A stretch of DNA of 64,000 nt, from positions 64,356,001 to 64,420,000 of the forward strand of contig NC_045703.1 in assembly GCF_009834535.1 (NCBI RefSeq), in the 5' to 3' direction. The notes below the pieces were generated by a model. That model did no database searches and was not told the origin of the DNA. It saw nothing but the letters and a program-made list of their open reading frames with translations. This document shows, piece by piece, positions 38,316 through 51,984 of this stretch; position 1 is the first letter of the stretch, and the number at the start of each line of letters is the position of its first letter. A program made the translations under genes and the position numbers. This DNA comes from Camelus ferus. Its lineage: Eukaryota.

Positions 38316-38649
38316 TCTGAATAAACTCCAGTTTGCATCAGTGCCAAGTTCTTGGGGTGGTAGACCACATCACAGCACACCTTACACTGTTTTAATTTGT
38401 CTCTCTCAGCCTGGGTAGACCAAAAAATTTTTTGTTCTGGAATTAATAAAAAGTCTGCCCTCACCTGGGTTTCAGGTTTGAATTCATTTTACTTAATTGG
38501 TCTGGGAATTCCCAAGCAAAAGAATTAATGTAAAAGCAGTCCCAGGCGAGTAATGTCCAAATGGCTTAAAGAAACAGAAAATCTCTCTGGAAGGATACAT
38601 ACGTCTTCAATCCAGGTAGCAAGATATTCCCATGGGGAAAGCTCCCCAC

Positions 38650-39230
38650 CAAAACTAAAAGCATAAGCTCACAACGCAAAAAACAAAGAAGTGAAGGAGT
38701 AATCCCCTGCAAGCAAAAACAACAAGTAGGAGAATTCGATGCCTACGAAATTCAAGTAAATGACTTATTAAAAACAAATAATAAAAGGATATTTAAATTA
38801 TTTAAGAAGAATTTACAAAATTAAAAACATGAAAAAGCCAACGGAAACTATTAAAGGGATCATCAGCTATGAAAAATAAAATTAAATATAATTAAAGGAT
38901 TAAACCCTGGTTTGGATACAGAGAAAGAAAACTGGTAAACTAGGAAAATCTAATCAAAGAAATAACCCAGAATAAAGAGATGAAAAATGTGAAGAAGGAT
39001 TAAAAGACCAGGGAAATTGAACAAGGAAGCCCAAACTTTTGTCAATTAGAAGAGAAGAGGAGATGGGGAAAGTAAAATTGAAAGAGTTAATGACAGGATT
39101 TTCCAGAGAGGATGAAATATATAAATCCTGTGATTCATGCAATTAAAAGATTCTAAACAGAAAAATTGTGTCCTGATACCACCAAATCAAAAAGAAGATC
39201 TTAAAAGCAGCCAGAGGGGGCTTGAAAATC
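38650..39230 (+). mobile_element. Old L1 ORF1 remnant
   Basis: A-rich; aagaagatcttaaaagcagccaga at 39192-39215 encodes KKILKAAR, the conserved ORF1p motif. Confidence 0.7.
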
Positions 39231-39309
39231 CACTTAAAACAGAAAAATAATGAAAAAGAAAAGTGACGACAAAAACAGAAGACAGCGAAGAATTCAAATT
39301 TACAAACAA

Positions 39310-40012
39310 CTAAACTGTATTTCAAAAAAAAAACTGAGGGTGAACAATGACCCAGCAATTGCACTCTGGGGCATTTGTCCCAGAAAAATTTATGTCCACG
39401 TGGAAACCTACAGGAACGTTACAGCCACCCACAACAGCCCCAGACTGGAAACTACACACACGCTCTTCAGTGTGCGAATGCTTCTGCAGACTGGCATACT
39501 TAAAGCCACAGAACGCTACTCAGCAACAGAAAGAAACGCACTATCGATACACACAACTGATAAACAACCTGGACGACTCTCCAGAGAATCAGGCTGAATG
39601 AAGAAAAGCCAATCCCGAAAAGCTACAAAGAGTGTGATTCCATTCATATAACATTGCTAAAAAGCAAAATTACACAGATGGGGAACAGGTTAATGGCTGC
39701 CAGGGGTTACAGATGGAGGGAGTAAGGGGAGGGTGTGTCTATGAAGGGTAGCAGGGGGAACCTGCGGTAGTGGGGCGTTAAGTATCTTGACTCTGATGTC
39801 CTTGCACAAAGCTATACACATGATAAAAATTGAGAGTGAGAAATGAGTGCATGCAGAAGTGGAGGAATCGGAACAAACTCTGCGGTCTGCACCAAAGGCC
39901 ACTTCCCTGGCACAGATACTACATTACCGATGTTCTCTTTGGGGGAAGCTGGGTGAAGAGGGTGCAGACGGCACTTTGCAACTTCCTGTAAATCTAGAAT
40001 TATTTCAAAACA
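39310..40012 (+). mobile_element. L1MC-like 3' end nested in an older L1
   Basis: atgacccagcaattgcactctgggg, gtgtgattccattcatataaca, gggggaagctgggtgaag, gcaacttcctgtaaatctagaattatttcaaaa. Confidence 0.8.
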
Positions 40013-40019
40013 CAGGTAG

Positions 40020-40735
40020 CATAAAAAGTCAAAAGTGGAATAAAGGAATGTTTAGAACAAACAATAATTATTTACCACTAACACACTCTCACTGAAGGAG
40101 CCTCTAGTAGATATGTTTCAAGAAAATGGAAAATTGTCTCATAGGGGAAAAAAATTTTGAACAAGGAAATGTCACAACAAATTTCAACAAAAATTGAGCA
40201 TTTAAAAGGATAATGGTAATGCTACCTACTTTTGAGTGGTATAATAACAAGGCAGAAACAAACTACTATAATAACATATAAGATGGAGAAGGTTTACTCA
40301 AAATAAAACGTTTAAGGTCCATATGCCATTCAGGAGGAAGCTAGAGATATTAATTGCTTTTGGACTTTCAATCATGCATGTTAATATTTTAGGGGTAACT
40401 AGTAGGAAAAAAATGAACAAATCAAAAGAAGATAGAAAAGGAGGAGGAAAGGAAGAGTAAAGAGAACAAAGTACATTAGTAGAAATCAATCCAAAAATTC
40501 ACAATGATTGTAAGTGGAATATATTTTCCAGTTAAAGATCAGAGGTCATTAGATCAAATTATTGTAAAAACAAATAAGAAACTCCAACTATATGTTAACT
40601 TCTCTTTGTAGAAGTCTCAACTGAAACATAAAGGCATAGAACGTTTGAAAGGAAAAGGAAAATATTAACCAAAATAAAGCTGGTACAGCCAAATTAAGAT
40701 TAAGCAATGGAGATTTCAAGGCAAATCTTTAAATA
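40020..40735 (+). mobile_element. Old L1 inter-ORF region and ORF2 endonuclease start remnant
   Basis: gtagaaatcaatcc...aatgattgtaagtggaatatattttccagttaaagatcagagg...aaagctggtacagc...gatttcaaggcaaa resembles the ORF2 N-terminus. Confidence 0.6.
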
Positions 40736-42459
40736 ATCAGTATTGTTTGTATCCCTGAAAAATTTGAAACAATCTAAATGTTTATCAATAAGTGACAAAT
40801 AAATCATGACGGAGTTATGTAAGGAATACTATACAATCACTAAAATCAACAAACTAGAACAAAATATAGCAATGCAGATAAATTCTCAAAACTAAATGAT
40901 ACAAAAGAAAAAAAATCAAATTGCATTAAAATAAACTATAACACTTTTAATACAAAGTTTGAAAACAAATGACAAATTTTTCGGCTTGCTGCATTCCTGG
41001 TGATATTTGACTTGCTTTGTAGCTTCCTACCCACAGAACCTGCAAGACCGACTCACCTCTTTATCCAGGTCTCTACCAGGATGGAGGCCAAAAGTCTTTG
41101 ACTAGCCTGAGGCTGGGCCAATGGCACTAGATGGAGAGTAAAGGACTACGAACCCCCAGTTGTCAGGATGGAGGGGACTGGAGCATCAAAGGACTGAACA
41201 AAACTGCCTATGTTTTAAGTGGACAGTGTATATTGGTAATAAGGGTTCCCTTGGACCATTTCAGCAAGGGTTTGTGCCTGAAGAGAAGCAGTCAGGAAAA
41301 AAGTAATGCTTTGGGGAAAAACACAGTGTCCAAAAAGGTCAGAAGCAGCATAGTGATAGAAAACACATGTTGGAGTTTTCAGGGAACTATTTCACCAGCA
41401 CTGGCCCATCCACATCCACCTGCACAGATAAAATCACTTTAGCTTATCAACTAGTCTATGAATTTAAAAAAACAGACATCTTATATAAAACATGGATTTA
41501 AAGATTTTGTTTTAAATTAGGGAGTGAGCATATACCCTGGCTGAGAGGGGTGCGTGTCCTGGGCTACTTCTAAATGCTAAAGCATCTTTCTTGGAACCCA
41601 CTGGTCTGGTGCCCTGTGGCATTTCCCAGCTTCACTGAACCAACGCCCTCATGTCCAGAATGGTCATTTCACATTTCAGTGAAAAGCGCTGGGAACAGTG
41701 GCTACACAGAGATACAGCCAGTTTAAGGCAAATGTGAAAGCAAGCCTGTAAATCTTCTGATGTAAAAGGAACAGAATCTTGGTTCCCAGGACCTGGAGAA
41801 CTAGCTCTTCTCTATTCAGCACCCGTGATGGCAGCCGGGAACTCCTCATTTGGGTCCTCGTGCCAGGAGCCCTTCTTGCAACAAGAGGTGATCTTGCCCT
41901 TGCCCGTCAGGCTGAGGCTGCGTTTCATCAAGTGCATGAGGGACCTCAGATCTTCCAGGATGATTCATTTGCCAGGGGCTCATCTATTTGCCGTGGGTAA
42001 TTCCAGCCTGTTTCACATTTGAATATGACAACTCCATTCCATAATTAGGAGGAGAGATTAGAGTGAATCAAGTAGTTATGATTAATAATAACTTTAGTCA
42101 GGGCTATTAGGTCTGTATTTTCTTTGGCTGTTACTAAAATATGTTTAAGTGGAGAAGAATCTGGATGCGACTTTGCCCCCCTCCCTCAACTCCCACCCTT
42201 CTGTCTACACATTCTCCATCCTGCTTTAAATATTACTATGGAAATGAAATGCTATACAAGAGTCTTTTTTTTTTTTTGGACTAGAGGTTCAACAAGGAAT
42301 CTCCCCTAATTCCTGTCTCTTAGGGAATATTAAAGAATTGCTTTATTTAAACAGTAGCCTGCTGGACAGAGGGTCCTGGAAATCAACAAGTGCGAGACAG
42401 ATTCATTTATTTCCACCTTCCTCCTTCTGTGCTCCCGCTTTCAGTTAGAGCCTCCACCA

Positions 42460-43060
42460 CCCACACAGTCTCTCAGATCCAGAGCCTGGCTGTCGCCTGG
42501 ACCCTTCTCTCTCCCTCCCTCCCTCCCATTGCCAGTCAAACTCCAAATGCCAAGTATCTCTTACGCTTGCATCTTCTGCCCCATCCCTCCTCCCCAGCAC
42601 TACTTTATTTTCTCATCTCATTCCTGAACGATTACAAAAGCCCCTTCAGAATTTCCTCCCATCCAGAGTCCTCTTAAATCCTCATTCTATGTGACTAACA
42701 GTAAGCCATCTACGATGAGAGTCTGCCTCTGCCGCATCCCTTGTCAAATCCTTCAGTGGCTTAGGCTGACCACACTGTAAAATACAAGCTTTTTAGATGG
42801 ACAGGTGTGGACCTTTATAGTCTGGCTTGCCAACTTCTCCAGACCTTTCACCTTCTACCTTATCAAAACCAAATCTTTCAAAATGTGACCATGATAACTG
42901 GGGGACTTTGTTCCCTCTGGGCCCTCTCCCTGGAGCTCCCACCTCACATTGGTAGTTCTCTGCACACTCTTGTCTTTCAAGACAGGTTTAAGGCCTCTTC
43001 TCCTCCAAGGATGCTTCAATGATCTAAGCATCAAAGCTCATTAAAGCATCCATCTCCTAT
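42460..43060 (+). mobile_element. L2 fragment
   Basis: cagatccagagcctggctgtcgcctggaccc, aaatccttcagtggctt, gtaaaatacaagct, tctggcttgcc. Confidence 0.65.
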
Positions 43061-43522
43061 CCCTATGGCAGGAGAATGGACCTGGGGCAGCGGCACGATT
43101 CTCCCCAGGCAGAGCTGTGTTACATGGAAACGATGTCTCGGAAGATGATTTCCTGAAGCGTTAAGTTCCTCATCTTGTCCTATCCAGTGACTCGCATGAT
43201 TAGGGAGAATGACAGGTTTTGAATAAAGACATGCCCAGAACTCTTTTAGGCCTTTTCATGGATGACGTCTTATTTGCTTCAAAGGCTAATGGCTGGCTGA
43301 TCGGGTTCTCCCGTTCCATGCGTGGGGAGCACTCATAGGAATCGCGGTATTTCCCAAAGAAGGCAAAACAGGTCCTGAGCCTCACGTCCCCGATGCCTCT
43401 TCTCACATTTCAGATTCTTAAAGCCGGGCTGAGGTGGAGAAGGGAAGAAAACAGCCGAAATGAAAGTGGTTAAGTTAATTAATTGCAAGCTTGCTTGTAG
43501 GACCAGCACGTTTATTTAATCA

Positions 43523-43535
43523 GTTGCCTAGTAAC
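43523..43535. promoter_or_regulatory. RFX X-box
   Basis: GTTGCCTAGTAAC fits the GTTGCC-TA-GYAAC consensus; lies in a CpG-retaining stretch with no recognisable repeat. Confidence 0.5.
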
Positions 43536-46500
43536 CCTGCCTGCGTCTGATGTGAATCTGATCAGCCTGCCTGCGAGCGAGTGATGGGCCGTGCTTCCTA
43601 CCAGCCTCCGGCGCTCGGGTCCTGCTTTCATGCGCTTTGCTTGGAAACCCCCAATTCCCCTCCTGCCCAAGGGCAGGGAGCTTGTGAGGGGGAAACAATA
43701 TTTCTCGTCTTCTCTGTCGACTCAGTCTCCCTCCACACACTGAGGGAGGAAGGCCTGTGCGTGAACGTGACCTTTCAGTTGGTGAATCACAGGACAAGAA
43801 AAATGACTCGCATTCGCCTTCCCTCTGGAGTGACCTACCCACGCGGCGCCGAGCAGGGCCGCTCTCCAAACTGTTACCATTTATGTTCCCACATCGATCA
43901 ACAGTGTATCCACACAGCACCGCAGGTGACGGCCTCTGAGCAGAACCGAGAGGCCCAAACAAAGAGGGGACTCCGGGCTGTGGGATTGGTGTCCTGTGAG
44001 CTGTTTTAGATGACCTTAATGGGGAGAGAGAAGAGATGCTGGGAGTTTAATCGCCTAAGACCAGCTCGAGACAAACTGCAGTTTTCTTTCCTGTCTGGAA
44101 AAATAAATAACTAACTCACATACTGACAGGCAACCAGGGCTGTGGGCTCCTTTGGTGCTAGATTTATTGGAGGATTTGACGACAAGAATTTGCTTGCGGT
44201 TTTTCATTTCCGTGATGCTATTCTCTTAGCTGGTCCTTTTGAAACCCCTCCTCCATCTTTCTCCAAAACCATCCCTGTTCTTCAGCCAAATAAAAAGGAA
44301 ACATCAGTGAGATAAAGACCCACGTTTCTGCTTTGACACACCATGACCACATTTTTACACTACTATGAGGTGGGTTTTTTTTTTCTTCTATTTGTCAGTC
44401 TCTGTGGATAAAAGGCTCCATCTTCCATAAAGAATTCCCACCAGAAATCTTTATAAACCTTCCATCAGAGAGACACTCTGCCGTCGTGCTGGGCAAAAGC
44501 TAATCTAATTAAGACAGGATCTGCTAACTTTAATAGCCTGCTATGAATTTTTACAGACATCTGGTAGCTGGAAGCCAGAGCAGCGCTAATACATAAAATT
44601 CACATTGTCCAGATGACCAATGTCAGGGTCAAATATTCTCCTTCTTTGGGGAACTCATATTGTTTTGGGTTGGATGCTCTTTTCAAAACACGATAGCCTA
44701 TAGATTAAATGCCCTGGGAAAGATGCTGAGGAGTGACACTTCGAAATCTCAGCTTTCCATCTGCAAAATAAAGGCAATGATATTTCCATCCTGGGGTGGT
44801 TTTATGGATAAATTTGAAAATGGATACCCAAGGCTGCCTTCACGGGCAGCTGACACAGGACCCCAGTTAGCAGACCCTCGGCTTGGTGTGATGCTTTGCT
44901 GTCCTTTCTGGAAATTCTTTTCTTCTTTTTTTTTTTGGAAATTCTTCATTTTTGAACACGGGGACCTATATTTTTTATTTACACCGGGCTCCACAAATTA
45001 TATGGTGGATCCAGTGTATATAAAATTCTCTGCCTGATGCCTATTGCAGGATAGCCCCCAAATCTTATTTCCAGCCTCTCCTTCCCATACCACCCTCCTG
45101 GACAAATTATGAAATTCAAGCTAGTAGGTTTTCACCTGCTTTCAAGTAGGGCAACTTCTTGGCCAGTGGTCCTGTCTAAGAACCCCGACCATCACCAGCC
45201 CCAACAAGGTCTGGAGCTATTTGCAGGAAATGAAAACAGGCTAATATCAAAAGGTTAAATTTCCTATGTACCTACATGCTTGTATGTGCAAAAATGATCA
45301 ATTATACAACACTTGTAACTGGTGACTGATTTGCTCTGAGCTAGAGAACTGACATCGGGGGTTGGCTTCTTAAGGGTAACCTAATTTCCCCTTCATTTTG
45401 TCCCTCTTGTTTTTGTTGTTTTGTTTCTATCATGCGTATGTTTTTCTCTAAAAAATGAAACCAGACCATGTTTTACTGAGCTCACAACAACCCCACCTAT
45501 CCTCTATGACTGCACGTGCCCTCCTGACTTTTGCACTTGTGGTCTGAAGACACAGAGCTGGGCGAGGCACAGCTTGCTCGAAATCCAGCCAACTGCCCAG
45601 GATTCTAGAAGCATGAGTTCCGTTCCAGACCCAAAGCCAGTAGTTGATCCCTAATGGGTTGATGGATGCTTCCTCTACTTCCTTTGCATCCCACAGCCCA
45701 CTCCTGGGGGGAAGGAGGACGGGGTACCCGTGTTCTTTCATTGGAGACTCCGCCCACTGAGCCTCGGGGCCCCAGGAAGCAAGTGCACTCACAGAAACAA
45801 GGAGAAGCCCAGCACTAAAGACGCGTGTTCTGACAATACTCTGCTCCAGGGCTGCTGCGAAACATGGTATCTAATAGGCTTTGAGTGAGAGGTGGAATCC
45901 CGGTGAAACTGAGATTTTTCCAAAGCATCTGAATGAAGCAGTTGTTAGTCTCCCCGACCAGAGCACGGGATGAATGACCTTGGGCAAGGACCAGCAACAC
46001 ACTGCGCACACAGTCAGCCTGCTTAATTACCATGTTAATAATTAAGCACAGATTCAGCAGTTTTGTGGTTACCCAGGGTGGCTCATGGGCAAAGGTCAAG
46101 CTGACCAGCCAATTCTCAAAATACTAGTGAAAGACATTCCTAACCTCTTTTTGCCCAGAGTCCAGTATCCTGTAATGAAACCCAAGATATCATCCTAAAT
46201 GGAGGAAGAAAATTCCTCCAGAATTGCTGTACTCCGTCCCTCTGGGGCAGCTAGCTTTTAAAGCAAGCAAACCACAAGAAAACAAACAGAACAAGAAAAC
46301 GTCCATTCACTTGTTGTCGAAGAGTCATGAATTACCTGTCTTTCCTGACAAAACTGCTACCTGCAATCCTGGACTCTTTTCTTGCTCCGGCCTCCTGCTG
46401 CTTCTCTGCTCTGGCCTGTGGGGGACCGGCACACATTTGTGCGCCCTAGAAAACAGCCGCACGGGGGTGAGGAGGCACCCTGACCAATGGTGCAGCACTG

Positions 46501-47284
46501 GCAGGCGACGGAGATGAGCAAATGCAGGTAAAGGCCATCTCCTGCTTTGCCCAGCCCCCCCCACCCCCGCCCGTGGTCCAGGACCGCTGCAACTCCAGTT
46601 TCCCAAAGTGTCCTGTCCAGGGTATAAAGTATATCTGTTGCTCTAGCTGGCAGTCCCTGGAATTAAGTGGCACTCTCATAAACTTGATTGTTTGTGTGTC
46701 TGAGGTGACACCTGGCATCTGTAACTGTTTTGTGCTTCACTTGGCTTCACGTTTGCTTTCCTTTCCAACAGTGTCTGGAACATGAAAGGGCAGAATAGGT
46801 GTTTGTTAAACGAATAAATCAGGGGGAACAGTGGTATTGTTCCCTCGTGTGCTACGAGGCCCAAGGTACCCGTCACTCCACGCCCCATCTGTCCCAGCCT
46901 GTCCCTTACTGCTGCTTGTCAGAAAAGAGGGAACTACTTTCTTAGCTTCTTCCTAAAGAGACACATGGTTTAGGTCATGGAGGGAGCAGCATAGTGTGAC
47001 AGTAAAGGGCGTGCACACTGAGCCAGGCTCCCCTGAGTGGAATCGGCACACACCACTTACTAACTGAAGGACCTTGCATTAAGCATAGTTTTCCTCAACA
47101 AATGGTGTTAAACAGTAAAGTGTCCTTGCATAAGCCAGCCTCCACGATGAGGCCCTTTGTCTTTAGTATCAGTGCCTTTTCATAGTTCCCTCCCCCTGAA
47201 TCAGATCTGACTTAGGACCAGCAGAATATAGCAGAAGAGCCTGGGAGTGACTGTGACTTCTAGGCAGGAGTGATCATCACAGTA

Positions 47285-47815
47285 TGGAAATCAGATCATT
47301 TTTCTCTCCTGCTCAAAACATTCGACTAGCTTGCTGTCTCACTCAGAATAAAATCCAAAGCCCTTACAGTGGCTTACTAATGTCTTTGATGAGTACCTCT
47401 CAGACCTCATCATCTACTCCCTGCCTTGCTTTTTTGGGCACATTGACTTCACTGTTCCTTGAATCTGCCTTGATCTTGTGATCAGCATGGCTCCTGCCCT
47501 CACTTCACCCCAGTCTCAGATTAAATGTCACCAACAGGGAGTCCATCCTGACTACTTGTCTAAAATAACCCAGCTCCACAACTCTGAGCACTCTGTACCT
47601 CACTTTGTTTGTCTTTGAAGCACAAATCACCAAGTGAAATATGGATATTTGCATGCTTGCTTGTTTATTGCCTGCTGCCTGCTCCCCTCTGCCCCTCCCA
47701 CACACTGGAATGTAAGCTTCATGAAAGTAGGGACTTTGTTCTACTCGGTGCTGAATCCTCAATGCCTAGAAAAACACCTGGCATGTGGTGTGTTCATTAA
47801 ATGTGTTAAATGAAA
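47285..47815 (+). mobile_element. L2a-like 3' part
   Basis: tcagatcatttttctctcctgctcaaaac, cagaataaaatccaaa, ctggaatgtaagcttcatgaaagtagggactttg, cctagaaaaacacctggca. Confidence 0.85.
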
Positions 47816-48137
47816 AAGTAAACCTCTGTACTTTAACAGACTGGGAAAATAATGGGCCACAAGAAGTTGAAATTAGGCAGAAATTCAAAAGAGAAGAAAT
47901 AAACAATGGGGGAGTGGGAGTTAATCACAAGATCATACCATCTCCAAAGAGAGTTCAATAGCTCACAGTCTGGGTCAGCTAACAGGTGAGAAATCAAGAA
48001 AGATTTCAGAAGTTAAACCAAGTTGGAAAGTCTGAAGCCATCCAAACAGCTCAGCTTGCAGCTCAGCCCTGTTGAGAAGACCCAAAAACAGAGAACAAAT
48101 CGAACAGGCCAGTAGCAGCTTTGGTCCTACCTTCTAG

Positions 48138-48188
48138 AGCAGTAATTACTCTGACAATGAGCACTATCTGGGTTATTAGGAAGAGCAG
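48138..48188 (+). other. Candidate 51-nt exon
   Basis: ctttggtcctaccttctAG| acceptor and perfect CAG|GTGAGT donor. Confidence 0.2.
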
Positions 48189-49933
48189 GTGAGTAGTGTG
48201 AAAAAGAAAGTTGTCTGAGTTCAAAACGGAATTTGGGGGAATATTATGTTCAGATCCTGACAAATATAAAAAACAAAACCTTAAAATCCAGGATTTTAGA
48301 AGCTACTGAGCTAAGCTGTCTTCACCACTTTTCTTCCTGAAGCTCCAGCTATTCCTGTCCCGATTTTCCCATGAGAATGGAAGGCAGAGGCACTAGGGAA
48401 GTACTCTGCTTCAAGTGGAGACAATTATTTCCCCATTTCCATTTTCCCTTTCATTAGAGAGGCCCCTCAGTTTCACTTTGGCACCCGACCACTGAGCCAC
48501 AGACTGCTAAATGGCTCCCTCGCACCGATGCTACGGATTTTCAGGCTGGTGGGATTCCAGAGGAACTGACATGCACAAATCCTCGGCATCTTCTTGAGTC
48601 CGCTTGTTGTGGACTTGCTCCTTTCTGCTGCCTGGGGCAGGGCAAAGCCACCTGGCCAGCCTGGGTCCCTAGATGACTTGAGATCTGTTTTATAAGAGAG
48701 AAATGAATTTCCTTCTTATGTCTCTTTGTTACAGCTACGTAGCCAGGATCCTAAATACTGTGATGTTCGACAGTGCAACGTGCTGGAGAAGTCAGGAAAG
48801 CCCAAGTTTAGAGCCCACACTTACCACCCACCAAGCATGTGTTCCCGAATGTTCTTTCCTGGAAGTAAAACAGTGATAATAAAACCTGCCTTGCAAAGGG
48901 TTACCTGGTTACAGTTTTAAAAGTATGTAGAGTGTCTGATCCTTGGCATTCACTACTTACTGTTTACTGCATTGGCCATACACAAATGCCTACCAGAGCC
49001 ATAGCACCTGGGACCCCGGCTTCCTTCCTCAGTTCTCGGGAAGTAGCCCTCATCACCAAGAACGCCATGCGGAAAGCCGAAGCCAGCCCTCACAAGTCAG
49101 AGTGGGAAGACTCCAAGGCTCCAGCTTTCCTAATCTCACTTAAGCAGTGGTATTTCCCATCCCCCAATCCATTACTTTTCAGAAGCCTCAGTGACAATAC
49201 ACTGTGTCCTACTCTCAAATCATGTGCTTTCCCTGAGCTCAAAAAGCTAAAAACTGAAGACAAAGCAATACCTCCATGATCCCCCAAATAGGGTTTCTGT
49301 GGTTTTAAAACCCTCAATGAGAAAATGCCTGAAAATAACTTTTCAATTGGATCAAGACAAGCGCTGTGCAAGTCCTCCAAAAACCCTTGGGGACGACCCC
49401 CCTCTCCAGACTCTCCCCTTGAAAATCTGTGCTCTAGATTTGCACATTTCACATCAACTTCGGAAATCTCAGACAAACACACAGCGGAAGACATCTTTCT
49501 GGGTGTGATGTACCGTAATGTTTACCATTTTAAAGGAGTCACTTCTTAGTCTGCTACACAATAAATAACCCTTTTTTTTTTTCACTCAAATCACTTCATA
49601 TAATAAAGGACTTGTGTAAATTCAGCAGGAGTTCTGTCATCCTGAGGTGGCAAGTTGGCATTGGAGAATTTATCTCTCCCATCCACCAGTATGAAAAGCT
49701 GGGGCTGCACTTTTTAACACGGCAAAAACAATGAGAAAGTTGCAGTTCTGGCTTGTGAATTCATCAAGAGCTGACTTCATGAAATCTTAATGAACAGATT
49801 CAAGCAAAGGCTGGGAATAACTTATTCAGGCAAACAAAAATGCATTAAGGCAACATTAAACCCAAGAAAATATAAACCTACAGAACCTGAAAATTTAGCC
49901 ATTCAGGTAAAATAAATAGGATCATTTTGTGAA

Positions 49934-50010
49934 TGTATATATATGTATATGCATGTGTATATACATATATATGTATATTTGTGCATATATAGAGAGAGAG
50001 ACAGAGAGAG
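49934..50010. repeat. Imperfect (TA/TG)n followed by (GA)n
   Basis: Directly visible. Confidence 0.85.
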
Positions 50011-51188
50011 ACAATGTACATAAGAAATAACGGTAACTCAGGATACTATGATCTAACACTGTACAATGAAACTTTCAGTAATGACAGTTTAATAACTTCA
50101 GGTCAAAAGCTGCCCTTAGACTTGCCCTGAAAATTGCTGCTAGCAAGGGAGAGTTTGACCTAGCATTTTGGAGAGAATCCCTGAATGCATAATTTACTGT
50201 AATATATGAAGGTACAGATATGTTAACAGGTTGGAGGGGCCCAATTTGTGTTTCGTTTTCATGGACAAAGATGCTTTGTCTCTGCTAATAAACCTAACTC
50301 TTCTGCCTTCCTCTGAGTTGAGTGCTGTAGACACTCATGTCTGTAAGGTCTTTGAGGTGGAGCCCCCACTCATCTGAAATATGCAGCCAGGATAGCCTGA
50401 AATCTGGCTGAGGCTTCCAGCAAAAATGGGAGAAGTAAAGCCTTATAAGGAGGCTATCTATCCTGAATGCCAACAACAGGGTGAAATTAGGGTGTCCTCT
50501 GAGGTTCAACACATTTCATAGGACGCTTTCTCACGCAGCAGTCACACCCTCACCAGAGCACCCCCGGGGTAGGGGCAGTTTCACACTCTCCTTAAAGGGG
50601 AGGATTTGCTCCTGCTTGTCTAGTTAGATGGTGAGGCAGGACATAAACACACGCTTTCTATGGCTGGATCTGCTTTTTCATTACTGCCTGCAGCATCACG
50701 TGCTTCCGGTCCACCCTTGTCAAGGGCATGTGGCTCCTTCCCTCCGTATCACCACAAAGTGGCAAAGGCCAGAGCCAAGAGTGAAATGGAAAGGCACTGT
50801 CCCCAAGGAATTAATCTGAATTGCAAGAGAGATTGGACCAGGGCAGGTTTCGTTCCCACATCCATATGCAACCGGCTGGCACGGTTCCTTTCCTAATGCT
50901 GCTCACATAGCCGATTGAAATCAGTCTAAGCAGCCAGCTAGCACGTCCTTTTCAATACAAGTGCTTCACACCCAGAACATCTCAGAAAGAGAGAAAACAG
51001 ACCCAGAGCCACAGAGATATCAGCTGGACTATCTGAGCGAATGGTAGTTTTCTCTCCCAATAAACATTTTATTATTAATTCTTTAGGTGGCTAAAATGAA
51101 GCCCTTTATAATACTTTCATTTGGGAAGGCTTGGTAAAATCATCCACTTGTCAGGTATATAACTGGAAGAATTGTAAGACAAATACAA

Positions 51189-51336
51189 NNNNNNNNNNNN
51201 NNNNNNNNNNNNNNNNNNNNNNNNNNNNNNNNNNNNNNNNNNNNNNNNNNNNNNNNNNNNNNNNNNNNNNNNNNNNNNNNNNNNNNNNNNNNNNNNNNNN
51301 NNNNNNNNNNNNNNNNNNNNNNNNNNNNNNNNNNNN
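51189..51336. other. Assembly gap (148 N)
   Basis: Run of N. Confidence 0.95.
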
Positions 51337-51984
51337 TTAATAAAGACAAAAGGCTTGAGCTGTTTGTGCATTTCAATTTGCAAAACAAAGAACGTTCCAT
51401 AAATGTGATTTAGTTATATTATTACACACTTTAATTTATTATTCATGCATCTTATTTTCTATAACCCAAACAACAAGACATGTGTTGCAAAATGTCACAT
51501 TGTCACCATGCAGACCCCTTCCAGTGAAACTTCGGTTATCTTGTGCACAGACAAGCTGGGAGTCCAGCGGTCAGGAGGGTGTGTGGATATTCATGTGCAT
51601 GTGTATGGAAGAGAGAGGATATTTTTATCAAAGTAAAGATAAATAAAATGGGTCACACTATAGAAAATATTGAACTTTCCCAGCACAGTCCCACTACCCA
51701 CTGTTTTCTTGTTTAATGTGCTTGTTTATTATCTCTACCCTGAACTAGAATGCACACTCTGTGAAAACGAAAGCCTTGTCTCTCTCATTCTCTAAAGTTT
51801 CCCATCGCCTAGATCAGTGCCTGCTTCTTCACAGACGCTCAGAAAGCACAAAACCAGAAGCATGAAAGAGGGAGCACAGTCTCTCTAACTCAGCGTGTAC
51901 GGGACACTTCGGAGAAAAATCACACCACAAGACTGTCAGCCCCATATAGACACACTTGTGGGGTTTTTTTCAGTTAATTAATTA

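Noticed and set aside
49090-49549. Overlapping 134, 69 and 74 aa ORFs with protein-like composition
   Set aside because: No recognisable motif, no flanking splice signals, and length within chance expectation
7388-50450. CArG boxes at 7388, 24465, 30995, 35609 and 50441
   Set aside because: The number is about what chance predicts, and three lie within MLT1 LTRs
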